64,000 nucleotides of DNA from contig JAEWYP010000067.1 in assembly GCA_023395615.1 (NCBI GenBank), forward strand, positions 8,743 through 72,742, in the 5' to 3' direction. The position numbers and the translations under genes were made by a program. The first letter of the stretch is position 1. The number at the start of each line of letters is the position of its first letter. The stretch comes from Bacillota bacterium. GTDB lineage: Bacteria; Bacillota; Clostridia; Christensenellales; Aristaeellaceae. The notes beneath the pieces are model-generated. The model saw only the letters and a list, made by a program, of their open reading frames with translations. It was not told the origin of the DNA and did not search any database. This document shows positions 10,413-20,072 of this stretch, piece by piece.

Positions 10413-11861
10413 ATGAAGATTCTTTTTACGGCAAGCGAATGCGTTCCCTTTATCAAAACAGGAGGGCTGGCAGACGTGGTCGGCTCGCTGGCCCCCGTAC
10501 TGGCGAAAATGGGGCACGATGTACGCGTAATGCTGCCTATGTATACCTCCATTGCGCAGGAATGGCAGCAGAAAATGCAATCTGTACTGAGCTTTGACGT
10601 ACAGCTGGGCTGGCGCAGGCAGTATTGCGGCGTTCTGTCCTTAAAAAAAGATGGCGTTACGTATTATTTTCTCGATAATAAGTACTATTTTGGCAGGCCC
10701 TATGTATATGGACTGGGTGGAGACGAGTATGAACGGTATGGTTTCTTCTGCCGCGCGGTGCTTAACGCCCTGCCACTGCTGGAATTTGATCCGGATATCC
10801 TGCATGCGCACGACTGGCAAAGCGGCATGGTGCCCGCGCTGCTGAAAATCCAGTATGCTCATTTGCCCTTCTATCAGCGGATTAAGAGTGTGTTTACGAT
10901 TCATAACCTGCAATATCAGGGCATCTTTGGCATTCGCGAGGTACAGGATGTGCTGGGCCTGGGCGACGGGCTGTGGTCCAGCGACAAGCTGGAGTGTTAT
11001 GGCTGCGCCAACTTCATGAAGGCGGGGCTGGTGTACAGCGACATCATCACGACCGTCAGCCCCAGTTATGCCGAAGAGATCACGACCGCTTATTACGGGG
11101 AGCGGTTGGACGGGCTGATCCGTGCCCGTAAAGATTCGCTGTATGGGGTTCTCAACGGAATCGATACGGAGGAGTACGACCCGGAACACGATTCGATGAT
11201 CTTCCAAACCTACAGCCGGGACCACCTTGCAGGGAAAGCGGAAGACAAGCGCCGTCTGCAGGCCGAACTGGGGCTGGAAGAAAACCCGGAGATACCGCTG
11301 ATCGGTATGGTGGGCCGTCTGACCAACCAGAAAGGCCTCGATCTGGTGGACGGCGTGCTGGGTGACATGATGAATGAGCGGATGCAGTTGGCAGTGCTCG
11401 GAATGGGCGACGCGCGATACACCAACCTGTTCAGCTGGGCGGAAGGGCAATATCGCGGCAGGCTATCGGCCCGGTTTGCCATGGACCCTGTGCTGGCGCA
11501 CAAGTTGTATGCCGGGGCGGATTTCTTCCTGATGCCGTCGCTGTTTGAACCGTGCGGATTAAGCCAGTTAATCGCCATGCGGTACGGCACGATCCCAATC
11601 GTGCGGGAAACAGGCGGTCTGCGCGATACGGTGTTGAGCTACAATGAGTACAGCCACGACGGAAACGGCTTCACATTCCTCAATTACAATGCGCACGACA
11701 TGCTGGCGGTAATCCAGCGCGCACTGTATTACTACGAGAATGACAAGACAGTTCTGGCCACCCTGCAACAGCGTGGCATGGAGGGCGATTACAGCTGGAC
11801 CCACAGCGCCCGTGACTATGTCGCAATTTACGAGAAACTGACGGATGCCGCCAAAGCGTAA
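10413..11861 (+). CDS. glgA: Glycogen synthase GlgA
   Basis: MKILFTASECVPFIKTGGLADVVGSL is the KTGGL motif of GT5 starch/glycogen synthases. Confidence 0.95.
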   Translation: MKILFTASECVPFIKTGGLADVVGSLAPVLAKMGHDVRVMLPMYTSIAQEWQQKMQSVLSFDVQLGWRRQYCGVLSLKKDGVTYYFLDNKYYFGRPYVYGLGGDEYERYGFFCRAVLNALPLLEFDPDILHAHDWQSGMVPALLKIQYAHLPFYQRIKSVFTIHNLQYQGIFGIREVQDVLGLGDGLWSSDKLECYGCANFMKAGLVYSDIITTVSPSYAEEITTAYYGERLDGLIRARKDSLYGVLNGIDTEEYDPEHDSMIFQTYSRDHLAGKAEDKRRLQAELGLEENPEIPLIGMVGRLTNQKGLDLVDGVLGDMMNERMQLAVLGMGDARYTNLFSWAEGQYRGRLSARFAMDPVLAHKLYAGADFFLMPSLFEPCGLSQLIAMRYGTIPIVRETGGLRDTVLSYNEYSHDGNGFTFLNYNAHDMLAVIQRALYYYENDKTVLATLQQRGMEGDYSWTHSARDYVAIYEKLTDAAKA

Positions 11862-11873
11862 ACGAAAGTAAAC

Positions 11874-11918
11874 AAACAGCCGACAAGCCTGGTGGATTTT
11901 CCCGGCTGTCGGCTGTTT
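11874..11918. terminator. Bidirectional terminator between glgA and bioY
   Basis: AAACAGCCGACA ... TGTCGGCTGTTT is a 12-bp stem with a 21-nt loop. Confidence 0.6.
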
Positions 11919-11927
11919 GTTACCTGT

Positions 11928-12485
11928 TTATCGAAACGCTTTTACCCGCTTGGGCAACGTTCTTACCATAAAGATAGCCAGCGCGGTCTTTGCGGCTTCG
12001 GGGAGTAAGAAGGGGAACACGCACCAGCCGAGCGCCGTTGCAAGGCCGACCGGGCCGGTGGTATTGGCATATACAACCATAAACCAGGCAGTGCCAAAGG
12101 CGTAGGAGATAAACAACCCCAGCAGCATCCCAACGATGCGCACCCAGGGTTTTTCACCCAATAGCGAGGTCAGTAGCCAGTACCCCAGCGCGGCAAAGAG
12201 GAAACCGAGCAGATAGCCGCCTGTGGTGCCTAACAAAACACCTAAACCGCCGCGAAAACCCGAGAAAACAGGGATGCCAATGGCGCCAAGCAACAGGTAC
12301 ACGATAATGACCAGCGTCGCGCGCCTGCCCCCGAGCAGGCCAAGCGCGCAGAGCACCCCGAAAGTCTGCAGGGTGAAGGGCACGGTGGAAGGGATTGAGA
12401 TCCAGGCGCATACGGCGATCAGTACGGCAAAGAGAGCAATATAAACCATATCGACGGTAGATAATTTCGTGTTCGCAGAGGACAT
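11928..12485 (-). CDS. bioY: Biotin transporter BioY (ECF S-component)
   Basis: A 185-aa polytopic protein. ISIPSTVPFTLQTFGVLCALGLLGGRRA...GIPVFSGFRGGLGVLLGTTGGYLLGF is typical of BioY. Confidence 0.9.
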   Translation of the reverse strand: MSSANTKLSTVDMVYIALFAVLIAVCAWISIPSTVPFTLQTFGVLCALGLLGGRRATLVIIVYLLLGAIGIPVFSGFRGGLGVLLGTTGGYLLGFLFAALGYWLLTSLLGEKPWVRIVGMLLGLFISYAFGTAWFMVVYANTTGPVGLATALGWCVFPFLLPEAAKTALAIFMVRTLPKRVKAFR

Positions 12486-12527
12486 TTCGCATCCATCCTT
12501 AAATCATGCTTTTTCGGGCTGTGAGGA

Positions 12528-12556
12528 ATGATAACAAAGAACAACCAAAATGTCAA
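12528..12556 (-). promoter_or_regulatory. bioY promoter (minus strand TTGACA-N17-TATCAT)
   Basis: The reverse complement gives TTGACA (12556-12551) and TATCAT (12533-12528), about 40 nt upstream of the bioY ATG. Confidence 0.55.
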
Positions 12557-12580
12557 CCAAAAATTTAATAATGGGTGACA
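12551..12580 (-). promoter_or_regulatory. BirA operator (TGTCAACC-N14-GGGTGACA inverted repeat) overlapping the bioY -35
   Basis: The inverted repeat has one mismatch and a 14-nt AT-rich spacer. It matches the TGTnAACC-N14/15-GGTTnACA architecture of Firmicute BirA sites. Confidence 0.6.
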
Positions 12581-12744
12581 ATAAAAATATCTTCCCCGAT
12601 TCCCTTGCTTTCCTTGCGAGGAAGAGTATGGTATGATACACAGGATACGGCACAACACCGAACAAAGAATGCCGCGACGGGGAAACATCGTCTCCGACCC
12701 GGGCGCGGCGACGTTTGGCGTGTGTTAAGGCAAGGGGAAATGAT

Positions 12745-13971
12745 ATGTCAGTTCGTACCAACTACACCCACACGCTCTATGCAAGCTATTTAGGGTATGT
12801 TACGCAGGCCATTGTGAACAATTTCGCGCCTCTGCTGTTTTTAACGTTTCAACGTCAGCTTGGGGTGCCGCTGGAACAAATTACACTGCTGGTGAGTTAT
12901 AATTTTGCGGTACAGTTGCTGGTGGATGCGGTATCCACGAAGGTAGTGGATCGGCTGGGATATCGTTCCTGTATCGTGGCGGCGCATCTCCTGTCCGGCG
13001 TGGGTCTGGCGGGGTTGGGGATTCTTCCGCAGGTGCTTCCCGTGCCGTTTATCGGTCTGCTGATTGCGGTTACGCTGTACGCTATCGGCGGCGGGCTGAT
13101 TGAGGTGCTGGTCAGCCCCATTGTGGAAGCCTGCCCGACCAGCCAGAAGGAAGCGGCCATGAGCCTGCTGCATTCCTTTTACTGCTGGGGGCACATGTTT
13201 GTGGTGCTGGCGAGCACGGCGTTTTTTGCGCTGTTCGGGGTTGCACGCTGGTCGATCATCGCCTGCCTGTGGGCGTTGCTGCCGTTGGGGAACGCTGTGT
13301 ACTTCCATTTCGTACCGATTCGCAGCCTTACGGAGGAACGGGGCGGCACGGGTGTGCGCTCGCTATTGAAGAACCGTATGTTTTGGGTGTTCGCGCTGCT
13401 GATGGTATGCGCAGGCGCCAGCGAACAGGGCATGAGCCAGTGGGCGTCCGCCTTTGCGGAATCCGGCCTTGGGGTGAGCAAAACGGTAGGTGACCTGGCG
13501 GGCCCCTGCCTGTTTGCGGGAATGATGGGACTGTCGCGCGTACTGTATGCCCATCACAGTGAACGGATCGCTCTGCCGAGGGTGATGGCAGTATGCGCGG
13601 TACTATGCGCGGGCGGGTACCTGCTGGCTGCTTTTTCGCCGCTTCCGGGTTTGAGTCTGGCTGGCTGCGCTGTAGTTGGGTTTTCGGTCGGCATCTTCTG
13701 GCCGGGCACGTTCAGCTTGTCTGCGCTTGGTCTGCCAGCGGGGGGAACAGCGATGTTTGCGTTGCTGGCGTTGGCGGGTGACCTGGGATGTGCCGGGGGA
13801 CCTGCTGTGGTCGGGTTTGCGGCGAACGCGGCCGGCGGAGCGTTGAAAGCTGCGCTGCCTGCCGCGCTCATCTTTCCGGTGCTGCTGCTGGCGGGGCTTT
13901 GGCTGCGCCGACGCCTGCAACCCGTGCGGGAACGCGAGATTAACGATACGCTGAAAACACAGGTGATGTAA
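12745..13971 (+). CDS. MFS transporter
   Basis: A protein with about 12 TM segments and two 6-TM halves. The start at 12745 has an AAGGGGA RBS. The substrate cannot be determined. Confidence 0.8.
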   Translation: MSVRTNYTHTLYASYLGYVTQAIVNNFAPLLFLTFQRQLGVPLEQITLLVSYNFAVQLLVDAVSTKVVDRLGYRSCIVAAHLLSGVGLAGLGILPQVLPVPFIGLLIAVTLYAIGGGLIEVLVSPIVEACPTSQKEAAMSLLHSFYCWGHMFVVLASTAFFALFGVARWSIIACLWALLPLGNAVYFHFVPIRSLTEERGGTGVRSLLKNRMFWVFALLMVCAGASEQGMSQWASAFAESGLGVSKTVGDLAGPCLFAGMMGLSRVLYAHHSERIALPRVMAVCAVLCAGGYLLAAFSPLPGLSLAGCAVVGFSVGIFWPGTFSLSALGLPAGGTAMFALLALAGDLGCAGGPAVVGFAANAAGGALKAALPAALIFPVLLLAGLWLRRRLQPVREREINDTLKTQVM

Positions 13972-13993
13972 ACACGCCAGGGAGGGAAAGCGC

Positions 13994-14923
13994 TTGATCT
14001 CCTCAATTCTTCGCATGGTGTTGCCCGTGCTGGTCACCTTTGGTCTGGGCTGGTTCTGCAACCGAAGGAAGATTTTCAACGGGGATGGGTTAATTGGCCT
14101 GAAATCTGTGGTAGGCAATATCACCCTGCCTGCGGTGCTTCTGAACGCTTTTCTGACCGCCGATTATAACGGAGAAATTCTGCTGACGTTCACTGTGGTG
14201 TTTTTTGCCTGTGGGCTTGGGTTGCTGGCCGGGTTTGCGCTTCGGCGATGGATGGCGCCTTATGGACGGTTTTTTCCGTTCCTGACCACAAACTTTGAGG
14301 GCGGTATGCTGGGATATGCACTGTTTGGTTTGCTGTATGCCGGGCAGACTCACGTTTTCGCCACGGTGGATATCGGGCAGACAACATTTGCTTTTACTGT
14401 TTTCCTTACTGTTTTAAGAGCAACCGGCGGGCAGATGATGACAAAGAAAGAAGTACTTTGGCAACAGGCGAAAAATCCCGTGCTGATCGCGATTGTGCTT
14501 GGCGTGGCGCTGGGAGTGTCCGGCGTGGGGCGATGGCTGCAAACCACCTCCGCCTGGCCTGCCTTAAGCAGCCTGATCACTTTTATCGCCGCGCCCACGT
14601 CGGCCCTGATTCTGATCATTGTGGGCTATCAGCTGAGCTTCCGCAGAGAACTGATGGTACCAGTGCTGAAAACCGTGGGGCTTCGTCTGCTGGTGATGGC
14701 TGCCCTGCTTGGCTTTACGGCGCTTTGCGTATTCAGTTTCGTGCCCTTTGACAAGCCGCTCTTTGTAGCAATGCTGCTGGCGTACAGCTTGCCCGCACCG
14801 TTTATCATTCCGCTGTATGCGAACGCGGCGGAGGACGGGGAGTATATTTCGACCACACTGTCTGTACAGACGCTTGTTTCCATTGCCCTGTTTGCAGGCA
14901 TAGCGATCTACACGTTAGGATGA
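13994..14923 (+). CDS. AEC (auxin efflux carrier) family transporter
   Basis: A 309-aa polytopic membrane protein. The N-terminus ...VLPVLVTFGLGWFCNRRKIF...LKSVVGNITLPAVLLNAF is AEC-like. It uses a TTG start. Confidence 0.75.
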   Translation: MISSILRMVLPVLVTFGLGWFCNRRKIFNGDGLIGLKSVVGNITLPAVLLNAFLTADYNGEILLTFTVVFFACGLGLLAGFALRRWMAPYGRFFPFLTTNFEGGMLGYALFGLLYAGQTHVFATVDIGQTTFAFTVFLTVLRATGGQMMTKKEVLWQQAKNPVLIAIVLGVALGVSGVGRWLQTTSAWPALSSLITFIAAPTSALILIIVGYQLSFRRELMVPVLKTVGLRLLVMAALLGFTALCVFSFVPFDKPLFVAMLLAYSLPAPFIIPLYANAAEDGEYISTTLSVQTLVSIALFAGIAIYTLG

Positions 14924-14947
14924 TAATACCGGAAGGAGACGATTCCT

Positions 14948-15733
14948 GTGATCTGGAACAACTTTCATTTCTTCAGCAAGGTGCTGGATATTCAAACAGA
15001 GGCGTATGTGCTGCTGCCGGAGTATCCGGATATACAGCAACTGCACGGCGAACCACTGCCCACACTGTACCTGCTGCATGGGCTAAGCGATGATTACACC
15101 GGCTGGATGCGCTGGACCCGTATCGAGGCTTATGCGCGCAAGTATGCGCTGGCAATCGTGATGCCCGCGGTAAACCGCTCCTTCTATACGGATATGGCGC
15201 ACGGCGCGAAGTATTGGACCTTTATCAGCGAGGAATTACCGGCGATCATGGAAACGTACTTTCCGCTGAGCACGCAACGGGAAGGTCGTTTTGCCGCGGG
15301 GCTGTCCATGGGCGGCTACGGCGCAATGAAGCTGGGTCTTGCCAGGCCGGAGCGTTACGCGGCGGTTGCCGCGCTTTCCGCTCCGCTGATGATGCAGGAA
15401 ATTTACGGGAAGCCGTTCAATCTCCATGAGGAATGGGACCGGGAGATGGACGCGGTTTTTGGGGATGAAGCGTCTTTTCGCGCGAGAAACGGCGATTTGA
15501 CACTGTTGGCGGATCGCCTGGATCCGAAGGATGCGCCGCATATCTATGCTGCCTGTGGAACCGCGGACTTTCTGTTCGAGGCAAACGAAGCATTCATGGA
15601 AAAATATGCCAAGAAATTGAATATCCATTATGAAACTAAACCGGAGGCTTCCCACACCTGGGATTTCTGGGATGAACAGATTCAAAAGGTGCTGGAATGG
15701 CTGCCTCTGCAAAAGCTGGAGAACGTCTGGTGA
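14948..15733 (+). CDS. Esterase family protein (alpha/beta hydrolase, tributyrin esterase / S-formylglutathione-hydrolase-like)
   Basis: LYLLHGLSDDYTGW is present, together with the GLSMGGYGA nucleophile elbow. It uses a GTG start. Confidence 0.8.
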   Translation: MIWNNFHFFSKVLDIQTEAYVLLPEYPDIQQLHGEPLPTLYLLHGLSDDYTGWMRWTRIEAYARKYALAIVMPAVNRSFYTDMAHGAKYWTFISEELPAIMETYFPLSTQREGRFAAGLSMGGYGAMKLGLARPERYAAVAALSAPLMMQEIYGKPFNLHEEWDREMDAVFGDEASFRARNGDLTLLADRLDPKDAPHIYAACGTADFLFEANEAFMEKYAKKLNIHYETKPEASHTWDFWDEQIQKVLEWLPLQKLENVW

Positions 15734-16554
15734 GTAAGCGGGTAAAGGCGATCGATCGCCTGATCAGGGAAGGATACTTTCAAACACCGCAGCAGGCGTT
15801 ACCCTACCTGATGGGCGGGGCGGTTACCTGCGGCGGACGCTCTGTGCGCAACGGCGGGCAGCTGGTTGTGCTGGAAGAGCCTATGGCGGTACGCGGCCTG
15901 AACGAACGGTATGTCGGCAAGGGCGGATATAAACTGGAAGGCGCGCTGGAGGACTTTGGCATCGCAGTGGAAGGCCGTGTGTGTATCGATGCGGGCGCCT
16001 GCACCGGCGGATTTACGGATTGTCTTGTGCAGCGCGGCGCGGCGCGCGTATACGCGGTAGAAGTTGGATACGGCCAGTTGGCGGGCAGCCTGGCGCAAAA
16101 CCCGGCGGTTGTCAATCTGGAAAAAACCAATCTGGGCGACGAAACACTGCTTTCGCTGGACCCCGTTCCGACGCTTGGAACTGTGGATTTAAGTTACCTG
16201 TCGCTTGAGAAAGCGGTGCCGTTGTACCGTGAGATTCAACGAGGGCAGGGCGAACTGATCTGTCTGGTGAAACCGTTGTTTGAAACGGAGAGCGCCGAAG
16301 CCCGCCGAACCGGTGAACTGCCGGACGATGAATATGCGTCGATCCTGCATCGGTTGACGGATACGCTGAACGCACAGCCCGGCACAGTGGTGACCGGCGT
16401 AACCCACAGCCATGTAACCGGCAATAACGGCACGCGGGAGTTTTTTTTACACGTCGTTTTCGGCGCCGCCGCCGCGCCAGACCTGTATACTGCGGCCGAA
16501 GAAGCGACAGTGCGCGCGCTGGCGGTGGAACGATACCATAAAGAGCGCGCCTGA
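15730..16554 (+). CDS. tlyA: TlyA family rRNA (cytidine-2'-O)-methyltransferase
   Basis: It has an S4-like N-terminus and an FtsJ-type SAM motif (DAGACTGGFTDCLVQRGAARVYAVEVG). The GTG start overlaps the esterase stop (GGTGA). An alternative ATG lies at 15697. Confidence 0.8.
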   Translation: MSKRVKAIDRLIREGYFQTPQQALPYLMGGAVTCGGRSVRNGGQLVVLEEPMAVRGLNERYVGKGGYKLEGALEDFGIAVEGRVCIDAGACTGGFTDCLVQRGAARVYAVEVGYGQLAGSLAQNPAVVNLEKTNLGDETLLSLDPVPTLGTVDLSYLSLEKAVPLYREIQRGQGELICLVKPLFETESAEARRTGELPDDEYASILHRLTDTLNAQPGTVVTGVTHSHVTGNNGTREFFLHVVFGAAAAPDLYTAAEEATVRALAVERYHKERA

Positions 16555-16714
16555 TTACGCGACGGGAAGAAATGAATATGGGTTTACGTTGATATGGTAG
16601 AGCGGTCTGGCAGATAAAAAGCGGGGGATTGGGAGAGAGATACCCCCCCTCTGGAGATACCGGTTGCCGAATCGCCGATCAACAGAGCCTTGATGGCAAT
16701 GCCGAAAGGATCGG

Positions 16715-17893
16715 ATGTTTATGAACCAGCGTTGGAAACCCTTTCTGACCCGGGCGTTTGCAGCCCTGCTGACGGGGTTGCTGGCACTGTCCGGGCTTGG
16801 CGCGGCCCTGGCGGAAACGTACGCCGTAATCCGCGGAACCGATACGTTGAATCTGAGAACGGACGCCAGCTCTTCCAGCCAATGGCTGGGCACGTATAAC
16901 CGCGGCGCGTGGGTAACGGTGATTGGGAGTAAGAACAATTTCTACCGTGTAACCACCTCCGACGGAAAGACCGGGTATATGAGCAAGAACTACCTGAGCG
17001 CAACGGATGCGCTTTCTTATGGCAACGTGGCGATTGTCAATAACCAGAAAGCGACGGCGTTTCTGAACCTTCGATCTTATCCCAGCTATGCTTCCTCTGT
17101 GCTTACGATTCTGTATAACGGCGTGCCGCTGAATATTGTATCGGAGAGCAACGGCTGGTACGAGGTGCAGATGGGCGCTTCCCACGGGTATGTGCGAAGC
17201 GAGTATACGTATAAAACGTACCAGCCGCTGGCAACAACGGTCGCCACGATTCAAACGCCAAACAACACGGCGGTGAATATGCGTTCCGGCCCCAGCAGCG
17301 GCGCGGCGGTTACGCGCCAGTTTGCGGGGGACCGTTACGTTGCGGTGCTGTGTCAGGGATCACACTGGTGGTATGTATGTATCGACGGGTATACAGGCTT
17401 TATCAGCAGTGATTTTCTGGCAGAGGGTTTGCATGCCGCCCGGGACGAGGCAGCGCAAAGCGGAGGAACCACCTCCGGGTATGCGGTGGTCAACAACCCC
17501 GTAAGCACCCAGAAGCTGAACCTGCGCGAACTGCCCAATACTGCCGCCAGCATTGTAACACAGTTGAGCAACGGTGTTCAGGTCAGGGTATTGCAGCAGG
17601 GAGTGGAGTGGTGCCGTGTTTATTCCCCGTCCATCGCCGCTACCGGCTATGTTATGACCCGTTACCTGTCGCTAAGTAATCTGCCCGCAACGCCAACGCT
17701 GGTGATCACCCATCCACAGGGTTCTTATGTGAATCTGCGCAGTGCACCCACAATGACCGCTTCGGTGCTGGCGCAGATGCCCAACAGAAGCTCGGCGGTT
17801 GTACTCACCCCCGGCCCGGATTGGGTAAAGGTTCTTTATAACGGACTGACCGGATATGTTATCACCTATTTTACATCGATCAGCGAAGAATAA
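16715..17893 (+). CDS. Secreted protein with five tandem bacterial SH3 (SH3b) repeats and no catalytic domain
   Basis: A signal peptide ends in ALA-ETY. Five units of about 65 aa each carry the pattern LN(L/M)R..P......(l)..G..v.v....(n/g)W..V...G.tGYv...Y(l). Confidence 0.8.
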   Translation: MFMNQRWKPFLTRAFAALLTGLLALSGLGAALAETYAVIRGTDTLNLRTDASSSSQWLGTYNRGAWVTVIGSKNNFYRVTTSDGKTGYMSKNYLSATDALSYGNVAIVNNQKATAFLNLRSYPSYASSVLTILYNGVPLNIVSESNGWYEVQMGASHGYVRSEYTYKTYQPLATTVATIQTPNNTAVNMRSGPSSGAAVTRQFAGDRYVAVLCQGSHWWYVCIDGYTGFISSDFLAEGLHAARDEAAQSGGTTSGYAVVNNPVSTQKLNLRELPNTAASIVTQLSNGVQVRVLQQGVEWCRVYSPSIAATGYVMTRYLSLSNLPATPTLVITHPQGSYVNLRSAPTMTASVLAQMPNRSSAVVLTPGPDWVKVLYNGLTGYVITYFTSISEE

Positions 17894-17914
17894 ATTGTGT
17901 TCTGCACACAAAGC

Positions 17915-17954
17915 AACATCGCCCTCCTCCGGTTTACCGGAGGAGGGCGATGTT
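17915..17954. terminator. Bidirectional terminator between the SH3b gene and rodA
   Basis: AACATCGCCCTCCTCCGG-ttta-CCGGAGGAGGGCGATGTT is a perfect 18-bp stem. Confidence 0.7.
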
Positions 17955-17989
17955 ATGCAGGATTCCTGCCGTGTCGTACTGGAAGGGTC

Positions 17990-19222
17990 TTACCGGAAAT
18001 ACTTACCCGAAGTGCGGGTCTGAGGAGTTGGCAGCTCCCCGACGGTTACGCTGCGGTTGCGAACTACGTTTAGCACAAGCCCAATTCCCGCCATGTTGGT
18101 GATCAGGTTGCTGCCGCCATAGCTTAAAAACGGAAGAGGAATACCGGCAACCGGCGCCAGACCGGTGTTCATGCCCACATTCTCAAATACGTGGAACAGC
18201 ATCATGGCCATAACGCCGATAATTACCATCTGGCCGAAGCGGTCGGTGGTATAGCGGGCGAGATACATCAGCCTGAGTACAATCAGGAGATACATGCCAA
18301 CGACGAACATGCTGCCCGTAAAGCCGAAAGTTTCGCCAATCGTGGAGAAGATGAAATCCGTCCAGTCCTCAGGCACGTAATCCAGCTGGCTGAAACTGCC
18401 CTGTACGAACATGCCGATGCCGTTAAGGCCGCCGGAGCCTATGGCCATCTTTGCGTTGTTTACCTGATAGGTTGAGGCAGAATCTGCCAGGCTGGGGTTA
18501 ATGAAGGACAGAATACGTGTGATGCGGTAATTATCGATACCTGCCGAAACCGTAACCGCGTAGAGAACAGCAAGCCCAACGACTCCAGCCGCGATGATGC
18601 CACCCATGACCCGGAGGCGTACGCCGCCGAAGTAAAGCATAACGCCGAATACAAAGATCATAACCAGCACGGAGCCCATTTCACCGGCGGCGAGCGTAAG
18701 TACCCACGGCACCACCATCATCGCGATCAAACGTAGCGCGCCTTTCCAGGTGCCAAAGGGGTCGGTGTTCTTCTCCATGTATTTGGCAGCGACAATAATG
18801 CAGGCGAGTTTGACAAACTCGGAAGGCTGCAGCGTGTAGCCCCATAAAATATCAATCCACGCCTTTACACCCGATGCCTGGCTGGCTACAAGCGCGACCA
18901 GCAGCATGCCGCAGGCCAACAGGTAAAACCATTGGGCGCGCCGGCGTAGAAACTCGTGCGGGAAAAAACTGACGACGCCGACGACGATCGGCGAGATCAG
19001 AAAAAAGATCGCCTGACGCAGCCCGTAGTGGGAGGCGACAATGTAGTTAAGCAGGGTATCCTCGATCTTGGACTTGGTGGAAAACGTAGCGATGGAAACG
19101 CACAGAACGCCAAACGCAGCCAGAACGTAGACCAGAGCGGTTAAAATATAGTCAAAATGTGCCCGGGACCGCCGGGACTCGTTAATCATCATAAGCATCC
19201 CACCTTCTTTTCCGAGAGCCAT
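17990..19222 (-). CDS. rodA: FtsW/RodA/SpoVE family peptidoglycan glycosyltransferase (RodA by context)
   Basis: A polytopic protein with the PEDWTDFIFSTIGETFGF block. It is the last gene of the mre-mrdA cluster. The true start may be M11 (19192), which has an AGGTGG RBS. Confidence 0.85.
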   Translation of the reverse strand: MALGKEGGMLMMINESRRSRAHFDYILTALVYVLAAFGVLCVSIATFSTKSKIEDTLLNYIVASHYGLRQAIFFLISPIVVGVVSFFPHEFLRRRAQWFYLLACGMLLVALVASQASGVKAWIDILWGYTLQPSEFVKLACIIVAAKYMEKNTDPFGTWKGALRLIAMMVVPWVLTLAAGEMGSVLVMIFVFGVMLYFGGVRLRVMGGIIAAGVVGLAVLYAVTVSAGIDNYRITRILSFINPSLADSASTYQVNNAKMAIGSGGLNGIGMFVQGSFSQLDYVPEDWTDFIFSTIGETFGFTGSMFVVGMYLLIVLRLMYLARYTTDRFGQMVIIGVMAMMLFHVFENVGMNTGLAPVAGIPLPFLSYGGSNLITNMAGIGLVLNVVRNRSVTVGELPTPQTRTSGKYFR

Positions 19223-19250
19223 ATCCGCCTGAAAAATAAACGGAGAGCCC

Positions 19251-20024
19251 TTATTTTCTGAAAAACCAGAAATGGCGTTTGTGTTTTAACGCGGGCATCG
19301 GTACGTATTCGCCCAGAAAACGTCGACTGATCCGCTCAAGCGCTTCTTTTGCAGGACACTCTTCCTCCATTACGGACTGATGCCGTGACAGGGCCCGGAG
19401 CACAGCCTGATCTTCCGGCACATAGCCCAACAACGGAACATCCAGCGTGTTGGCAACTACCTGCGGGCTGTACATATCTCCGCTGTCTACCAGTTCCGGC
19501 ACTACGCGATTCACCACCAGCATCGGTTTGGGCTTATGGGCGGTGTCCAACAGGGCGATCACCCGTTCCGCATCGCGGATGGAAACATCGTCCGGCGTGG
19601 CGACCAATAACGAGAAGTCCGTATTGTCCGTCAACAACTCCAGCCCGTGGGGGAGTCCGGCGGGCGCATCCATGATCACATAGGCAAAACGGTTCTTGAG
19701 TTTCCGAATCACCCGTTCCATCCGACCGGCTGTCAGATCGTCCATGGTGCCCAACTGCGAGGCGGGTAAAAGCGAGAGAGCGGGTGCTTTGGGATATTGA
19801 ACCAGCGCGTATTTCAGTTTGCAATCCTTATGCGCGACGTCGATCACATCATATACAATCTGGTTGTGCAGGCCAAGAAGCATGTCCAGACTGCGAAGGC
19901 CAATATCCATATCGACGGTAACGGTGGGTAACTGCCGCTGTGCAAGGGCTACGGACAGCGCAGCCGCGACGGTGGACTTACCGACCCCGCCTTTTCCCGA
20001 AGCAATCATCCAGGACTGGCTCAT
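19251..20024 (-). CDS. minD: MinD-like ParA/MinD family ATPase
   Basis: It has the deviant Walker A IASGKGGVGKSTVAAAL and a C-terminal amphipathic basic tail LKHKRHFWFFRK. The start at 20024 has a GGGAGG RBS. Confidence 0.75.
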   Translation of the reverse strand: MSQSWMIASGKGGVGKSTVAAALSVALAQRQLPTVTVDMDIGLRSLDMLLGLHNQIVYDVIDVAHKDCKLKYALVQYPKAPALSLLPASQLGTMDDLTAGRMERVIRKLKNRFAYVIMDAPAGLPHGLELLTDNTDFSLLVATPDDVSIRDAERVIALLDTAHKPKPMLVVNRVVPELVDSGDMYSPQVVANTLDVPLLGYVPEDQAVLRALSRHQSVMEEECPAKEALERISRRFLGEYVPMPALKHKRHFWFFRK

Positions 20025-20072
20025 ACGCGCTTCCTCCCATCGTGCGGATGTTTTTATGGACATCTCGGAGAA

